Below, in pieces: positions 1 through 10,369 of a stretch of 64,000 bases of DNA. The DNA comes from an uncultured Candidatus Saccharibacteria bacterium (GTDB lineage Bacteria; Patescibacteriota; Minisyncoccia; Phycocordibacterales; UBA12088). The position numbers were made by a program, and so were the translations under genes. The notes under the pieces were generated by a model, which was given only the letters and a program-made list of their open reading frames with translations, was not told the DNA's origin and made no database searches. Every line of letters begins with the position of its first letter. Within the stretch, counting starts at the first letter, position 1. The stretch is from NCBI GenBank assembly GCA_964411375.1, contig CAYPKR010000001.1, positions 104,227 through 168,226 on the forward strand. The letters are read 5' to 3'.

Positions 1-33
1 CATAGGAAAAGAGAGCGTGGTACAGTCGCCTCA

Positions 34-2625
34 ATGCTTTCACGTTTTGCAAATCTCATGAAACGAGCCCGGCACGCTCTGCCCCATGTGCTACACTATT
101 TCCGTACTATGCGGAAAAAAATCCGCCGCGAGCATGTCAAAACGCTTGTAGTTCTGGGAATCGCCGCTGTTTTCTTTGGAGGTGGCATCCTCTTTCTCTT
201 TGCCGCCACACTCACAACCCCAGACCTTGGCTCCTTTGATTCGCGTAAAGTTGCGCAATCAACGAAGATTTACGATCGAACTGGCAAAATCCTCCTCTAC
301 GATCTTCACGAGGATATGCAGCGAACGGAGGTTCCCTTCGAAGACATTTCTCCATACCTGAAACAAGCAACGCTTTCAATCGAAGATGAGGGCTTTTATA
401 GCCATGGCGGCATTCAGCCGACCGCCATTGTTCGCGCCGTGTTCCAAGATATTCTGATTGCCCTTCATCTCTCCGATGGCTATACGCAAGGAGGTTCGAC
501 AATCACTCAACAAGTAATTAAAAACTCCGTATTGGTGCGCGACCGAACAATCTCACGCAAACTCAAGGAATGGGTACTCGCAATAAAACTTGAGCAAAAG
601 TATTCGAAGGATCAAATTCTTGGATTTTATCTCAATGAATCCCCATACGGCGGGAGCTTATATGGTGTTGAGGAAGCATCACAGTCATTCTTCGGTACTT
701 CATCCAAAAATGTTGACCTTGCACAAGCGGCCTATATTGCTGCACTCCCTCAAGCACCAACCTACTACTCTCCGTATGGCAATCATCGCGATGCGTTGAA
801 CGCCCGCAAGAATGTCGTCCTCTCTCAAATGATGAAGCAGGGATATATCACCAAAGATCAGTACGAAGCTGCAAAAACAGAGAAGGTTGATTTTCTTCCA
901 CAACGTTCACAAGGAATACTCGCACCACACTTCGTCTTCTTCGTTCGCGAATATCTCGAGAAAAAATACGGACTTGATGCGATTGAAAACCAAGGGATGA
1001 AAGTCATCACTACGCTTGATTACGATCTCCAAGCAAAGGGAGAAAAGGTGGTTAAGGAATACGGAATTTCGAATCAAAAGAATTTCAATGCTTCGAATGC
1101 GGCGCTCGTTGCGATCGATCCAAAGACTGGACAAATTTTGACGATGGTGGGTTCCCGTGACTATTTCGATCAATCAATCGACGGCAATTACAACGTCGCG
1201 GTCCAAGGAAATCGCCAACCAGGCTCATCATTCAAGCCATTTATCTATGCGACTGCATTCACGAAGGGTTACACACCAGAAACTATCCTCTTCGATACCA
1301 AAACGCAGTTCTCAACAACCTGTAGCCCTGACAACATGACAAGCGATAACGGATGTTACTCGCCAAACAATTATGACGGGTTGTTCCGTGGTCCAATGCA
1401 ACTCCGCGACGCGCTCGCTCAGTCGATTAACGTACCTGCAGTAAAACTCTTTTATCTTGCGGGGCTTAAAAATTCGCTGAAGCTCGCGGAAAACATGGGA
1501 ATCACCACCCTTGGTCCAAGCAGTCAGTATGGTCTCACCCTCGTACTTGGAGGTGGCGAAGTCTCGCTCCTCGACATGACAAGTGCGTACGGCGTGTTTG
1601 CAAACGAAGGGATACGAAATCCGTACACGCCGATTCTTGAAATTGATGACGGGGACGGAACGGTGCTTGAAAAATATGAAGCTTCCCCGCGACAGGTGCT
1701 CGATCGAAACGTTGCTCTTACTATTTCCGACATTCTCTCGGATAACAACGCTCGCACACCAGCATACGGAGCAAATTCTCCACTCTACTTCCCTGGACTT
1801 TCCGTCGCCGCAAAAACCGGAACCACGAACGAATCGAGAGATGCGTGGATTATGGGATACACACCGCAGATTGCAGTCGGCGCATGGGCGGGAAACAACG
1901 ACAATAGCCCGATGGAAAAGAAAGTTGCTGGTCTCATTGTTGCACCACTATGGAGCGCGTTTATGAAAGAAGCGGTTCAGGATAATTACGCAACCGAATC
2001 ATTTGAAAAACCGCTTCCAAATGCAAATTATCAAAATCTAAAACCGGTATTTCGTGGATTCTGGCAGGGTGGACAGTCGATTGTCATCGATAAAACAACC
2101 GGCAAGCTCGCGACTGATATGACACCGCAAGAGCTTCGTCAAGAACAAATTATCCCAAATGTCCACGATATTCTCTATTGGGTGGACAAAGACAATCCGA
2201 TGGGACCGCCTCCAGCAAATCCGGCGAGTGATCCACAGTATGTGCGCTGGGAATACGGTGTACAAGCATGGAAAGCAGCAAATGGCGTGAGTGACGCTCC
2301 AATTAACGTTCCACAGAGTTACGACGATGTGCACACGAGCGGAAACGCACCAACGATAACTCTTCAGAGCCCAGCGCCAAATCAAACATTTGGCATGAAT
2401 GACACCATAATCATGCACGCAAATGGTTCGGGCGCATTTCCGATCTCAAAAATGAATTTCTACGCAAATGGTGCATTTATTGGATCTGCAACAAAAGCAC
2501 CGTATGTGTTCTCATTTACGCCAACTGACTTCAATTTGAGTGGTACCGTTACTTTGACGGCAACCGGCTACGATAGTGCGCTCAATAAGAGCTCAGCCGA
2601 CGTTTCAATAACTATTTCTAATTAG
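34..2625 (+). CDS. Class A penicillin-binding protein (PBP1A family transglycosylase/transpeptidase) with C-terminal Ig-like domain
   Basis: N-terminal TM helix; GT51 motifs EDEGFYSHGG, QGGSTITQQ, RKLKE; transpeptidase motifs SxxK (GSSFK), SxN (SIN), KTG (AAKTGT). Confidence 0.95.
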   Translation: MLSRFANLMKRARHALPHVLHYFRTMRKKIRREHVKTLVVLGIAAVFFGGGILFLFAATLTTPDLGSFDSRKVAQSTKIYDRTGKILLYDLHEDMQRTEVPFEDISPYLKQATLSIEDEGFYSHGGIQPTAIVRAVFQDILIALHLSDGYTQGGSTITQQVIKNSVLVRDRTISRKLKEWVLAIKLEQKYSKDQILGFYLNESPYGGSLYGVEEASQSFFGTSSKNVDLAQAAYIAALPQAPTYYSPYGNHRDALNARKNVVLSQMMKQGYITKDQYEAAKTEKVDFLPQRSQGILAPHFVFFVREYLEKKYGLDAIENQGMKVITTLDYDLQAKGEKVVKEYGISNQKNFNASNAALVAIDPKTGQILTMVGSRDYFDQSIDGNYNVAVQGNRQPGSSFKPFIYATAFTKGYTPETILFDTKTQFSTTCSPDNMTSDNGCYSPNNYDGLFRGPMQLRDALAQSINVPAVKLFYLAGLKNSLKLAENMGITTLGPSSQYGLTLVLGGGEVSLLDMTSAYGVFANEGIRNPYTPILEIDDGDGTVLEKYEASPRQVLDRNVALTISDILSDNNARTPAYGANSPLYFPGLSVAAKTGTTNESRDAWIMGYTPQIAVGAWAGNNDNSPMEKKVAGLIVAPLWSAFMKEAVQDNYATESFEKPLPNANYQNLKPVFRGFWQGGQSIVIDKTTGKLATDMTPQELRQEQIIPNVHDILYWVDKDNPMGPPPANPASDPQYVRWEYGVQAWKAANGVSDAPINVPQSYDDVHTSGNAPTITLQSPAPNQTFGMNDTIIMHANGSGAFPISKMNFYANGAFIGSATKAPYVFSFTPTDFNLSGTVTLTATGYDSALNKSSADVSITISN

Positions 2626-2888
2626 CGAATATCCGAGACCGGGTTCCTCGCACCATCTCCAAAAGAGTTACGGAGGTGACAAAGTATTTCCCCTTTCCGA
2701 AGCATAAGCTCACTTCGAAGTACCGATGGAACTTCGATATACGCACAATTACCCGTTAAACGGATTTGCGTACCCTGAATTGTGACACCAACCACATTTG
2801 AGATTGCTTCAATGATTGCTTTCTTCCTCGTCCCCTCGGGAGGTTCAAAACTAAATCGTTCAAGTAATGGTTGAATATTTTGGAACAT
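2622..2888 (-). CDS. Small protein, DciA/DUF721-like candidate (helicase loader)
   Basis: 88 aa directly downstream of dnaN; pattern of beta strands then SVLRSELMLRKGEILCHL helix resembles DUF721; family call is an inference. Confidence 0.5.
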   Translation of the reverse strand: MFQNIQPLLERFSFEPPEGTRKKAIIEAISNVVGVTIQGTQIRLTGNCAYIEVPSVLRSELMLRKGEILCHLRNSFGDGARNPVSDIR

Positions 2889-2906
2889 ACTAATTAGATT
2901 ATACCG

Positions 2907-4007
2907 CTAGCGGTTCATTGGCATCACCAGATACAGGAAAGAATTATCAGAGATACTTCGAATAACCAACGGCTTTCCAAATCCCGAGAATGAAAGAGAG
3001 AGACTGTCCCCTGATATCGACTGGAGTGCGTCAGTTAAGTAGCGCATATTGAAACTGATTTCCAAATCATCCCCAGTAATGGCTGCATCTAAGGATTCTG
3101 TAATCTCCCCAACTTCCTCATTTTTGGCGAAAATGACCGCTTTTTTCTTTTTTGGTTGGATAGTAAATCGTATTTGATTGAATTTATCAGAGAAGATTCC
3201 TAACTTACGGAGGGCGTTTTGAAAATCTTCTCGAAGCAGGGTGATTTCGGTTGTGTGTGTTTTGGGAATAATTTGTCGATAGTCAGGAAACGTTCCTTGT
3301 ACCAAACGAGAAGTGAGGTAGGTATTAGGGAAGGAGATCGCAAGCTGGTGTTCAGTAACCGTAAGTGACACTTCTTCAGGAGCAGCTTCGAGTATATGGA
3401 TTATCTCAGGAATATTCTTTGATGGGATGAGGAGTGCAGGAATGGTTGTTTTATTTTTTAATGGAACGATTTTTTCCCCTAACCGAAACGAGTCTGTTGC
3501 CACACAAACAACATTGCCCCCTTCTTCATACACATACACACTCGCTAACTCTGGTTTTATAAGAGACGTAGACGCCGCATACCATACTGAACGAAGTCCT
3601 TTTAACAAATCTTCTTTCTTCACTACCAACGAATTTGTTTTTGGTAACTCTGGGAGTGTAGGAAATTCTTCTGGAGCAAACGTTTTCAACTTTGCTTCAG
3701 AGAGGCTGCCTGAAACCGAGAGTGTACCCCCTTTTATTTCGAGAGTGAGTGTATCTTTTCCTAAACCAGAGCGGAGTGTTTGAAAAAAAGTATGTGCTGA
3801 AACTACCACTACACCTTCTTTTTCGACTTTCGCTGGTATTTCAACTTCAACACCAAGTTCTAAATTAGTTGTACGAAAAATTATTGTATTTTTTACGGCC
3901 TCGATACGAATCCCCGCTAGAATTGGAAATGCCGGGTTCTTTCCTGCTACTCTCTCTGTCTGTCCTGCGTATTTTTCTACCTGCTCTCTCGGTACCTGCA
4001 CCTTCAT
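2907..4007 (-). CDS. dnaN: DNA polymerase III beta sliding clamp
   Basis: 366 aa; PILAG, TNLE, VATDSFRL, FPDYRQIIP and C-terminal LVMPM motifs; downstream of dnaA. Confidence 0.97.
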   Translation of the reverse strand: MKVQVPREQVEKYAGQTERVAGKNPAFPILAGIRIEAVKNTIIFRTTNLELGVEVEIPAKVEKEGVVVVSAHTFFQTLRSGLGKDTLTLEIKGGTLSVSGSLSEAKLKTFAPEEFPTLPELPKTNSLVVKKEDLLKGLRSVWYAASTSLIKPELASVYVYEEGGNVVCVATDSFRLGEKIVPLKNKTTIPALLIPSKNIPEIIHILEAAPEEVSLTVTEHQLAISFPNTYLTSRLVQGTFPDYRQIIPKTHTTEITLLREDFQNALRKLGIFSDKFNQIRFTIQPKKKKAVIFAKNEEVGEITESLDAAITGDDLEISFNMRYLTDALQSISGDSLSLSFSGFGKPLVIRSISDNSFLYLVMPMNR

Positions 4008-4227
4008 ATAAGAATTTTATTTTTTAATTTTTAAATCAAATCACTATATTATTATGGGTGTTGATAGGTGGAAAACTTTTTATACGGCGCACCATAACGA
4101 TATTTTCATTTTTATTTTCTAGAGTTCTGTGGATTATGTCTCTTTTATTTTTGTGACTAAAAAATAATTTTTTGAATCATTATTTTTTCCACACACTACC
4201 CCACACTCTGTCCAAGTGATATCCCCA
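4008..4227. promoter_or_regulatory. Candidate oriC (dnaA-dnaN intergenic region)
   Basis: Very AT-rich; DnaA-box-like TGTGGATTA 4128-4136, TTTTCCACA 4185-4193, GGTGGAAAA 4067-4075; on the minus strand box-like TTTTCCACC/CTATCAACA followed by CCC and ATA-ATA-ATA trio-like repeats next to an AT-rich tract. Confidence 0.7.
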
Positions 4228-5583
4228 TCATTTCAACATCATGCGGATATGATTTATTTCTTGGAGCAAAATTGAATCGCTCAACACGTCGTTTTTAATT
4301 TTTTCACACGAGTGAATAACGGTTGTGTGATCACGTCCACCGAGTTTTTGTCCGATTGTGGGGTATGAGACACTAAAATCTTCGCGAAGAATATACATGA
4401 TGAGTTGGCGCGGCTTCACCACTTCTTTTTTTCGCGTCTTCTCATAGATTGACTGTTCATCGATGTTGTAAAATTCGGACACCTTCTTCACTACTTCCCG
4501 AATAGAAATAGTTTTCTTCGGTTTCGGGCCGTTTTTAATCAGTGTACGCACATCAGCAAGACTTGGCATGACACCTTTGAGATGTGCCTGGCAGATAACT
4601 GCATTCAGCGCTCCCTCGAGGTCGCGAATATTTCCCGCAACAGTATCTGCAATATATTCAATGATCTCGTCAGCAAGAATAAAGTTGTTATGTCGCGCTT
4701 TCGTTCGAAGAATCACAATTCGTGATTCTCGATCCGGCTCATTAATGTCGACAATCATTCCCTGCGAGAAGCGTGACTTCAAGCGCTCTTCCAGGTTTTG
4801 AATATAGTTTGGGTGTTTATCAGAAGAAAAAACAATTTGCTTATTGTTTTCGTAGAGCGCGTTAAAGAGATGGAACAATTCTTCCTGCGTCTTTTCTTTC
4901 TGTGAGAAAAATTGAATATCGTCCATGATCAAAACGTCATATTGACGATATTTTTCCTTAAATAGATTCATTGTGCCGGCTTGGAGCGCGCTCAAATAGT
5001 CCATCGCGTACTTTTCAGAGGTCACATAGTACACTTTCTTGCTCGGACTCATTTTTTTTACCTGATTTCCAATTGCTTGGATTAAGTGTGTTTTGCCGTA
5101 GCCGGTTGAGCCATAGAGAAAAAGTGGGTTATAGAGGATGCCGGGACGCGCAATGATCGCCTGCGACGCCGCATGCGCAAGTTCATTGAATGGTCCGACC
5201 ACAAATGAGTCAAAAATATAGCGTGGATTCAGGTTGTCGCTTCGATTGGAGTAGTGTTCCTCAAGCGGAAGTTCGCCTGGAATATATGGTGATCGAATAT
5301 CTTCCGCTTTTGCTTCGCGGTGCTTTTCGCTCTTGGAGACCATGAATTCCACACTGCGAACCGACTGCAGTGAGTCTCGAAGCGCCTTCAGAATCATCTT
5401 ATGGTACTTCTTAGACAGCCAATCTTTGACGAATTCAGATGGAACGCCAACAATAACCGCGCCATCTTCCCTCCGGATGATGTGTGTATCCCGGAACCAC
5501 ATTTTGAAATTTGCTTTCGATAAGGAGAGCTCCATTTGAACGAGCACGTTTTCCCATAATTGCTTGTTGGTGATCTGTTCCAT
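4228..5583 (-). CDS. dnaA: Chromosomal replication initiator DnaA
   Basis: LNPRYIFDSFVVG, NPLFLYGSTGYGKTHL (Walker A), DDIQF, GGRDHTTVIH; start set at MEQITNK (ORF track starts 5601). Confidence 0.98.
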   Translation of the reverse strand: MEQITNKQLWENVLVQMELSLSKANFKMWFRDTHIIRREDGAVIVGVPSEFVKDWLSKKYHKMILKALRDSLQSVRSVEFMVSKSEKHREAKAEDIRSPYIPGELPLEEHYSNRSDNLNPRYIFDSFVVGPFNELAHAASQAIIARPGILYNPLFLYGSTGYGKTHLIQAIGNQVKKMSPSKKVYYVTSEKYAMDYLSALQAGTMNLFKEKYRQYDVLIMDDIQFFSQKEKTQEELFHLFNALYENNKQIVFSSDKHPNYIQNLEERLKSRFSQGMIVDINEPDRESRIVILRTKARHNNFILADEIIEYIADTVAGNIRDLEGALNAVICQAHLKGVMPSLADVRTLIKNGPKPKKTISIREVVKKVSEFYNIDEQSIYEKTRKKEVVKPRQLIMYILREDFSVSYPTIGQKLGGRDHTTVIHSCEKIKNDVLSDSILLQEINHIRMMLK

Positions 5584-5659
5584 AGGAGAATATTTCGACA
5601 TTATACCGGCTCTCTATAAATCCAGAACTTGCGGATACCGCCCCGGTATGTTAATAAAA

Positions 5660-5668
5660 TGTGGATAA
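5660..5668. promoter_or_regulatory. Perfect DnaA box in the dnaA/rpmH divergent promoter region
   Basis: TGTGGATAA, exact reverse complement of TTATCCACA. Confidence 0.8.
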
Positions 5669-5695
5669 GTGCAAAAAGCACTAATCGATAATCTC

Positions 5696-5830
5696 ATGTC
5701 ATTTACGTACAAGCCAAAAAAGAAGAAGCGAAAGACTACGCACGGATTCCTCGTCCGCCAGAAGTCGGCAACCGGAAAAGCAACGATTCGCCGCCGTCGC
5801 GCAAAGGGACGCGCAAGACTCGCAGTTTAA
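5696..5830 (+). CDS. rpmH: 50S ribosomal protein L34 (absent from ORF track, 44 aa)
   Basis: Manual translation [44 protein letters not shown]; canonical position upstream of rnpA. Confidence 0.96.
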   Translation: MSFTYKPKKKKRKTTHGFLVRQKSATGKATIRRRRAKGRARLAV

Positions 5831-5834
5831 TCTC

Positions 5835-6173
5835 ATGCTTCGAAGGAAGCACAAAGTAGAACGTTCGGCATTCCCCGTAACTCTTAAGCAGGGGCGCCGC
5901 TTCGGACTGGCACACACCTCCCTTACCCTCCACCGAGGAGGTGAAGGGCGCCGCCTCTCTTTCGTTGTCTCAAAGGCAGTTGCTCCCAAGGCACACGACC
6001 GAAATAGGTTAAAACGTCTCGGGAATACGGTTGCCGAGTCAGTTATTGACTTCAGTAAGCTGGATCCCTGGAGAGCGGTCTGTTTTTTCAAAAAAGGGGC
6101 CATAAACCTACCCCCCCAACTCCTTCGCCTTGAGCTTTTGGAACTATTTAGAACTGCAAAGCTCATCGATTAA
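5835..6173 (+). CDS. rnpA: Ribonuclease P protein component
   Basis: RLSFVVSKAVAPKAHDRNRLKR (RNR motif); follows rpmH. Confidence 0.93.
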   Translation: MLRRKHKVERSAFPVTLKQGRRFGLAHTSLTLHRGGEGRRLSFVVSKAVAPKAHDRNRLKRLGNTVAESVIDFSKLDPWRAVCFFKKGAINLPPQLLRLELLELFRTAKLID

Positions 6174-6214
6174 TGCCAATTCCCTTTCTGCTCTCGCCAA
6201 GGTAGAATGACGCA

Positions 6215-6952
6215 ATGCTCGCGAGCATCTTTGGCGCCATTTTCTACAATCCACTCTATAACTTCCTCATTCTTCTTATCGGAATCGTGCCGGGGGGAGA
6301 TGTGGGGCTTGCCGTCATTTTGCTCACGTTGGCGGTCAAAATAGTGCTGTTTCCGATCATTCTGCGCGGCATGCGAACTCAAGCAATGCTCCGTCTGATT
6401 GACCCAAAACTCAAAGCAATCAAAGAAAAGTTTCCCAAAAGCCGCAATGAGCAGGCAAAAGCGACCCTCGCACTCTATAAGGAATACAAAATTAATCCTT
6501 TTTCTGCGCTTTTGCCGCTTCTTATCCAGACACCCTTCCTCCTCGCCCTCTTTTTCATCTTTGCAAAAGGCGGACTTCCTTCCATTCGGCTCGATGTCCT
6601 CTATTCGTTCATCCACGCTCCCGCTGTGGTTAGCATGCATCTCTTCGGGCTCGTCAACGTAGGCGCAAAAAGTATCATTTTTGCAATTATCGCTGGTGCG
6701 ACACAGTTCCTCTATGGTGTCTTCTCCCTCCCTAAGCTTGAAGCGCGGAAGGAGAATGCTTCATTTTCAGATGATTTCGGACGGAGTCTTCAGATGAATA
6801 TGCGCTATATTTTGCCGGCCATTATTGCAGTGTTTGCATACAATTTGCCTGCGGCAGTTGCGATTTACTGGATCACCGGTAATATCTTTGGAACACTTCA
6901 AGAAATATATGTCCGAAGCGAGTTTAAGAAGCACCCACCGGCTATAACCTAA
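6215..6952 (+). CDS. yidC: Membrane protein insertase YidC/Oxa1 (short form)
   Basis: GLAVILLTLAVKIVLFP, LYKEYKINP, LPLLIQ, AIYW motifs; synteny. Confidence 0.95.
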   Translation: MLASIFGAIFYNPLYNFLILLIGIVPGGDVGLAVILLTLAVKIVLFPIILRGMRTQAMLRLIDPKLKAIKEKFPKSRNEQAKATLALYKEYKINPFSALLPLLIQTPFLLALFFIFAKGGLPSIRLDVLYSFIHAPAVVSMHLFGLVNVGAKSIIFAIIAGATQFLYGVFSLPKLEARKENASFSDDFGRSLQMNMRYILPAIIAVFAYNLPAAVAIYWITGNIFGTLQEIYVRSEFKKHPPAIT

Positions 6953-6962
6953 TCAACCCTGT

Positions 6963-7427
6963 ATGCAACAATCCGAGGTCATTTCAATGATTACCGCCCT
7001 CCTCGATCGCCTCGGAGTCCCATACGACTCGGTAGTGTTTGATGACTCTCTTCCCCATGCGCTCTATGTTGTGTCTTCTCCAGAATCAGCGCTTCTGATT
7101 GGACCCCAAGGAGCGCATCTCGATGCACTTAATCACTTGATTCGTCGGCATATTGAGCAACGCTTTAGCGAGAGTGATGCACGGACCGTTTCAATCGACG
7201 TCAACGGATTCCGTAAACGAAAGATTGAGGAAATCCAGAACAAAGCTCGCATGGTAGCGGAGCGGGTACGCCTCTTTAAATCAAATGTAGAGCTCTCTCC
7301 GATGAGCGCATACGAGCGAATGATCATTCACGCGCTTTTCGCTGAAGATCCAGATGTCATGACGGTGTCGGAAGGTGAAGGAAAATTCCGCCGTATAATC
7401 ATCAAGTCAAGAACAACCGGTCTCTAG
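6963..7427 (+). CDS. jag: Jag/EloR (KhpB)-like KH + R3H RNA-binding protein
   Basis: LLIGPQGAHLDAL (KH), PMSAYERMIIH (R3H), SEGEG; follows yidC. Confidence 0.88.
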   Translation: MQQSEVISMITALLDRLGVPYDSVVFDDSLPHALYVVSSPESALLIGPQGAHLDALNHLIRRHIEQRFSESDARTVSIDVNGFRKRKIEEIQNKARMVAERVRLFKSNVELSPMSAYERMIIHALFAEDPDVMTVSEGEGKFRRIIIKSRTTGL

Positions 7428-7437
7428 GACCGGTTTA

Positions 7438-8742
7438 CTACTGCACAGGAGTCGATGTTCCTGTTGGGATAGGAGTTTCGGACGACACCGGAGGTGTCGG
7501 CAGACGGTATCCAAAGAGTAATCCGTCTTTTTTGTTTCGGAACAACAAGTATTTTTCATCTGCCGAAAGAGACGGCTCTACGCCATCAATATCTGTTCGT
7601 GTTTCAACAATCGGTATTGAGAGGAGCGTCATAAATCCTGAACTCACGTCAATTTTCCAAAGGTTGTCCGAGAAAAATAACTCTCCTCGATACCAACTAC
7701 TCTCTTGATCTGACGTAGGGATAGTACGCGGTACGAAACAGTACAGTATGGTTGGCTGTAATTTGCTCCACGCACACTTTTTGGGCAAGGTGACGAATGC
7801 GAGTACGCGAGTCTGTAAATCAGCGCGGTTGAAGACCGCTGTTGCAAGCCTATGGTCAGAAGGATCGTTTGGTGACTTCATTTCAGTGTAAAGGATTTTT
7901 CCTCCCGTTGTATCTACCCTGGTCGTTAAATCCATACCCTGAAGTACTTGTGTTGTTCGTCCAGTTCCCGCATCAACAAAGAAGAGTACCCCGGTCGCAG
8001 AGCGATCTGGTTTGGTTGTTATTGCAATGGTGGTTGCTGTCGGCCACTCGACGAGAAGTTCTGAGAAGGGTGAAGAAAATAGAACTGAGCGTTGATGCGT
8101 AATATTGTCGGTAATAATGCCTGAACTTCCTCCAGGAGTTTTAAATAGAGAAAATACAGCTCCCCCGTCATTCCGGAGTGCTGCCCCTGTCGAATCATCA
8201 TCGATAAAGAATCCAGTCACGGTACCAGAAAGACCGTCTGGATCGGTATTTTTCCCAAACGTGCCGTAGAATGAACGCACTCGCGTACTATTTTCACTCA
8301 AATATTGAAAGAGAATGTTATTTCCCGCCCATACTGCTTTTCCTACTCGAGGAATTGTTACGTTTGAAACCACTGTCGGATGTACTGACTCAAGACCGGT
8401 TTCAAATACGTGCCCGGTTGAGCGATCGACATATCGAGCGAAATCAACTCCAGCGCTTGGAAAGGAAGTAAATGCAACGACTGGTGCATCTGAAATCTGA
8501 AATAGGGCCGCATGCTCTGTTTCCGGCGCAGTTCCTGCTGTTGCGCCTCCCTGATTCGTTCCTCCCACGATAGGACGTCCATTTCCTCCATTATTTCCAA
8601 ACGGAGAACCGTCCGGCGTCGTTGTCGCGGTATCACCAGTATTTTTCCCGCCAAAGAAGTTAAGGATTAAGAGAAGTAGAATAAGAACTCCAAGAATACC
8701 GAGAACGATAAGTACTTTTTTGTTTGAGAAAAAGCGCATCAT
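7438..8742 (-). CDS. Membrane-anchored surface protein, probable beta-propeller
   Basis: N-terminal TM helix, Gly/Thr linker, repeated beta-rich blades (KCAWS, DNLWKID, LSADEKYLLF); end of T4SS-like locus. Confidence 0.6.
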   Translation of the reverse strand: MMRFFSNKKVLIVLGILGVLILLLLILNFFGGKNTGDTATTTPDGSPFGNNGGNGRPIVGGTNQGGATAGTAPETEHAALFQISDAPVVAFTSFPSAGVDFARYVDRSTGHVFETGLESVHPTVVSNVTIPRVGKAVWAGNNILFQYLSENSTRVRSFYGTFGKNTDPDGLSGTVTGFFIDDDSTGAALRNDGGAVFSLFKTPGGSSGIITDNITHQRSVLFSSPFSELLVEWPTATTIAITTKPDRSATGVLFFVDAGTGRTTQVLQGMDLTTRVDTTGGKILYTEMKSPNDPSDHRLATAVFNRADLQTRVLAFVTLPKKCAWSKLQPTILYCFVPRTIPTSDQESSWYRGELFFSDNLWKIDVSSGFMTLLSIPIVETRTDIDGVEPSLSADEKYLLFRNKKDGLLFGYRLPTPPVSSETPIPTGTSTPVQ

Positions 8743-9233
8743 ATATAGCAGACCATGTTAAGTATTTGCCCACCGCGGTTCAGGCATTCTTGCTGGAGCC
8801 TAAATATCTCATCAACGCTCGCGTCTGCTGGAATTTCAAAAATGGGAACACCACTGACTCCTCCAGGAAGTGTACTGACTGCGGTTGGCAACAGTATGTC
8901 GAGTTTAAGCAAGTCGGGATTGATAGTGTTCAAAATAAGGTATGACCCCAAGATAATGCCAAGCCCCCAGAGCGCATTCGTCATTCGAGCCCTCCCTTTA
9001 GAGATCGAACTCATTTTGTCGGAAAGCATGTACTCCGCTCCACCAACGGCAATCATGATGACGCCAAGAATTGCCGCAAAGCCGATGGTGACCAAAAATA
9101 GATTACGAAGTAAATCCGGAAGAGGTGCCGTCGAAGAGAGTTCAGTCAAACCCGGAATATTCGTAAGCGACACAAACTTCGGCGCTTGTGCGTAGGCAGT
9201 TGGAATCAAGAATGAGATGAGCTCGTGTAGCAT
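8739..9233 (-). CDS. VirB2/TrbC-like pilin (CPR pilin family)
   Basis: Signal ending AYAQ, two hydrophobic helices, GGAEYM...ARMTNALWGL...SYLILNTINPDL pattern. Confidence 0.7.
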   Translation of the reverse strand: MLHELISFLIPTAYAQAPKFVSLTNIPGLTELSSTAPLPDLLRNLFLVTIGFAAILGVIMIAVGGAEYMLSDKMSSISKGRARMTNALWGLGIILGSYLILNTINPDLLKLDILLPTAVSTLPGGVSGVPIFEIPADASVDEIFRLQQECLNRGGQILNMVCYI

Positions 9234-9236
9234 GGA

Positions 9237-10328
9237 TTATTGTTCGGGAGTCGAGATAACACTAATTGCCTGTCTCGCTGACTGCATATATTGCGTTTTA
9301 TTCCTGACTCGCACATCGATATTTGCTGCAGCCTTTGCGTTTGTTGCGCCTCGGAGCACTATCGCGCTTCCCGTATTTGAAAGGTCTTTACTCTCGGTTC
9401 CATTAATGAGCCATGAGTATTGGAGATCATCAGCACTCCGCCTTGCCGCAGTAAAGTAAAATGGTTCGGCAATAATCTGCACTTCTTCCCCGTGAAGCGT
9501 CGTGGTGACTGGAAGTGCAGTGTCATACCGGATTCCCATGAGTGGATGGTCTTCATAAAATACTATTTTTGGCTGAACCACATCCAAACTGAGCTTACCC
9601 GTTCCACCTATACGTGAATCCTTCGGATCCGTAACCGTAACCGTTATATCAAGCGGACCAATCAGGTTTTTGTTTGTCACCGTCACCGTCTGCCTCCCTA
9701 TCCCAGAAAGAGCAGTCATCACCTTATTGCCTTGGCGCCAGGTATACATGAAAGCGCTTGGAGGAATTTGATCCTCGCCAGAAATGCTAATCGAAGGAAG
9801 TGCTGTCAAACGGATTTTTGAACCAGCAGTTTGGAGTGCTTTACCTTCAAAAAATGGCGGCGTGTAGGTGTCAGACTCCCAAATGAGTTCAACAGTTCCG
9901 GGAGTAAGAGGATATCCTGCACTGTATTCCCTTCCCGTTGTTTCTCTTGCTCGCGCAAGGATATACATCGTGTCTCCTGCACGTGGAGCTACCAAAGAGA
10001 GCGTTGTTTGACCAGCTCCACGAGCAACCACATCCCCGTTTAGTGACCATTCGATCGAATCATTCGGCAAATCTGTTTCAAATCCACTGATACGTGCAAT
10101 CACTTTTTCTCCCGGTCTAGGGTATGGGGGAATAAGTTCAATCTTCAAAGCAATTTGAGGATCGGTAAACGCAGTCATTGTATGGTTGGAAAAACTATTG
10201 AGGGGGGTAAGATCCATACTCTCCATATTGTCGCCAGAAAATGGATTACTTGATTGTGCATGGAGACGTGAAGCACCAATCACCATACAAAAAATGATAG
10301 CGAAAGAAAGGAGAGCATTCCTATTCAT
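9237..10328 (-). CDS. Secreted protein with tandem Ig-like domains
   Basis: Signal peptide; repeated W-x-x-NG strands (IEWSLNG, YTWRQG, YSWLING); WESDTYTPPFFEGK. Confidence 0.6.
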   Translation of the reverse strand: MNRNALLSFAIIFCMVIGASRLHAQSSNPFSGDNMESMDLTPLNSFSNHTMTAFTDPQIALKIELIPPYPRPGEKVIARISGFETDLPNDSIEWSLNGDVVARGAGQTTLSLVAPRAGDTMYILARARETTGREYSAGYPLTPGTVELIWESDTYTPPFFEGKALQTAGSKIRLTALPSISISGEDQIPPSAFMYTWRQGNKVMTALSGIGRQTVTVTNKNLIGPLDITVTVTDPKDSRIGGTGKLSLDVVQPKIVFYEDHPLMGIRYDTALPVTTTLHGEEVQIIAEPFYFTAARRSADDLQYSWLINGTESKDLSNTGSAIVLRGATNAKAAANIDVRVRNKTQYMQSARQAISVISTPEQ

Positions 10329-10369
10329 TGCACCTTATTGTACCGCATAGTCTTTGAACGCGAAGCGCT

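Noticed and set aside
5699-6166. 155 aa minus-strand ORF
   Set aside because: Antisense to rpmH and rnpA, which are well supported
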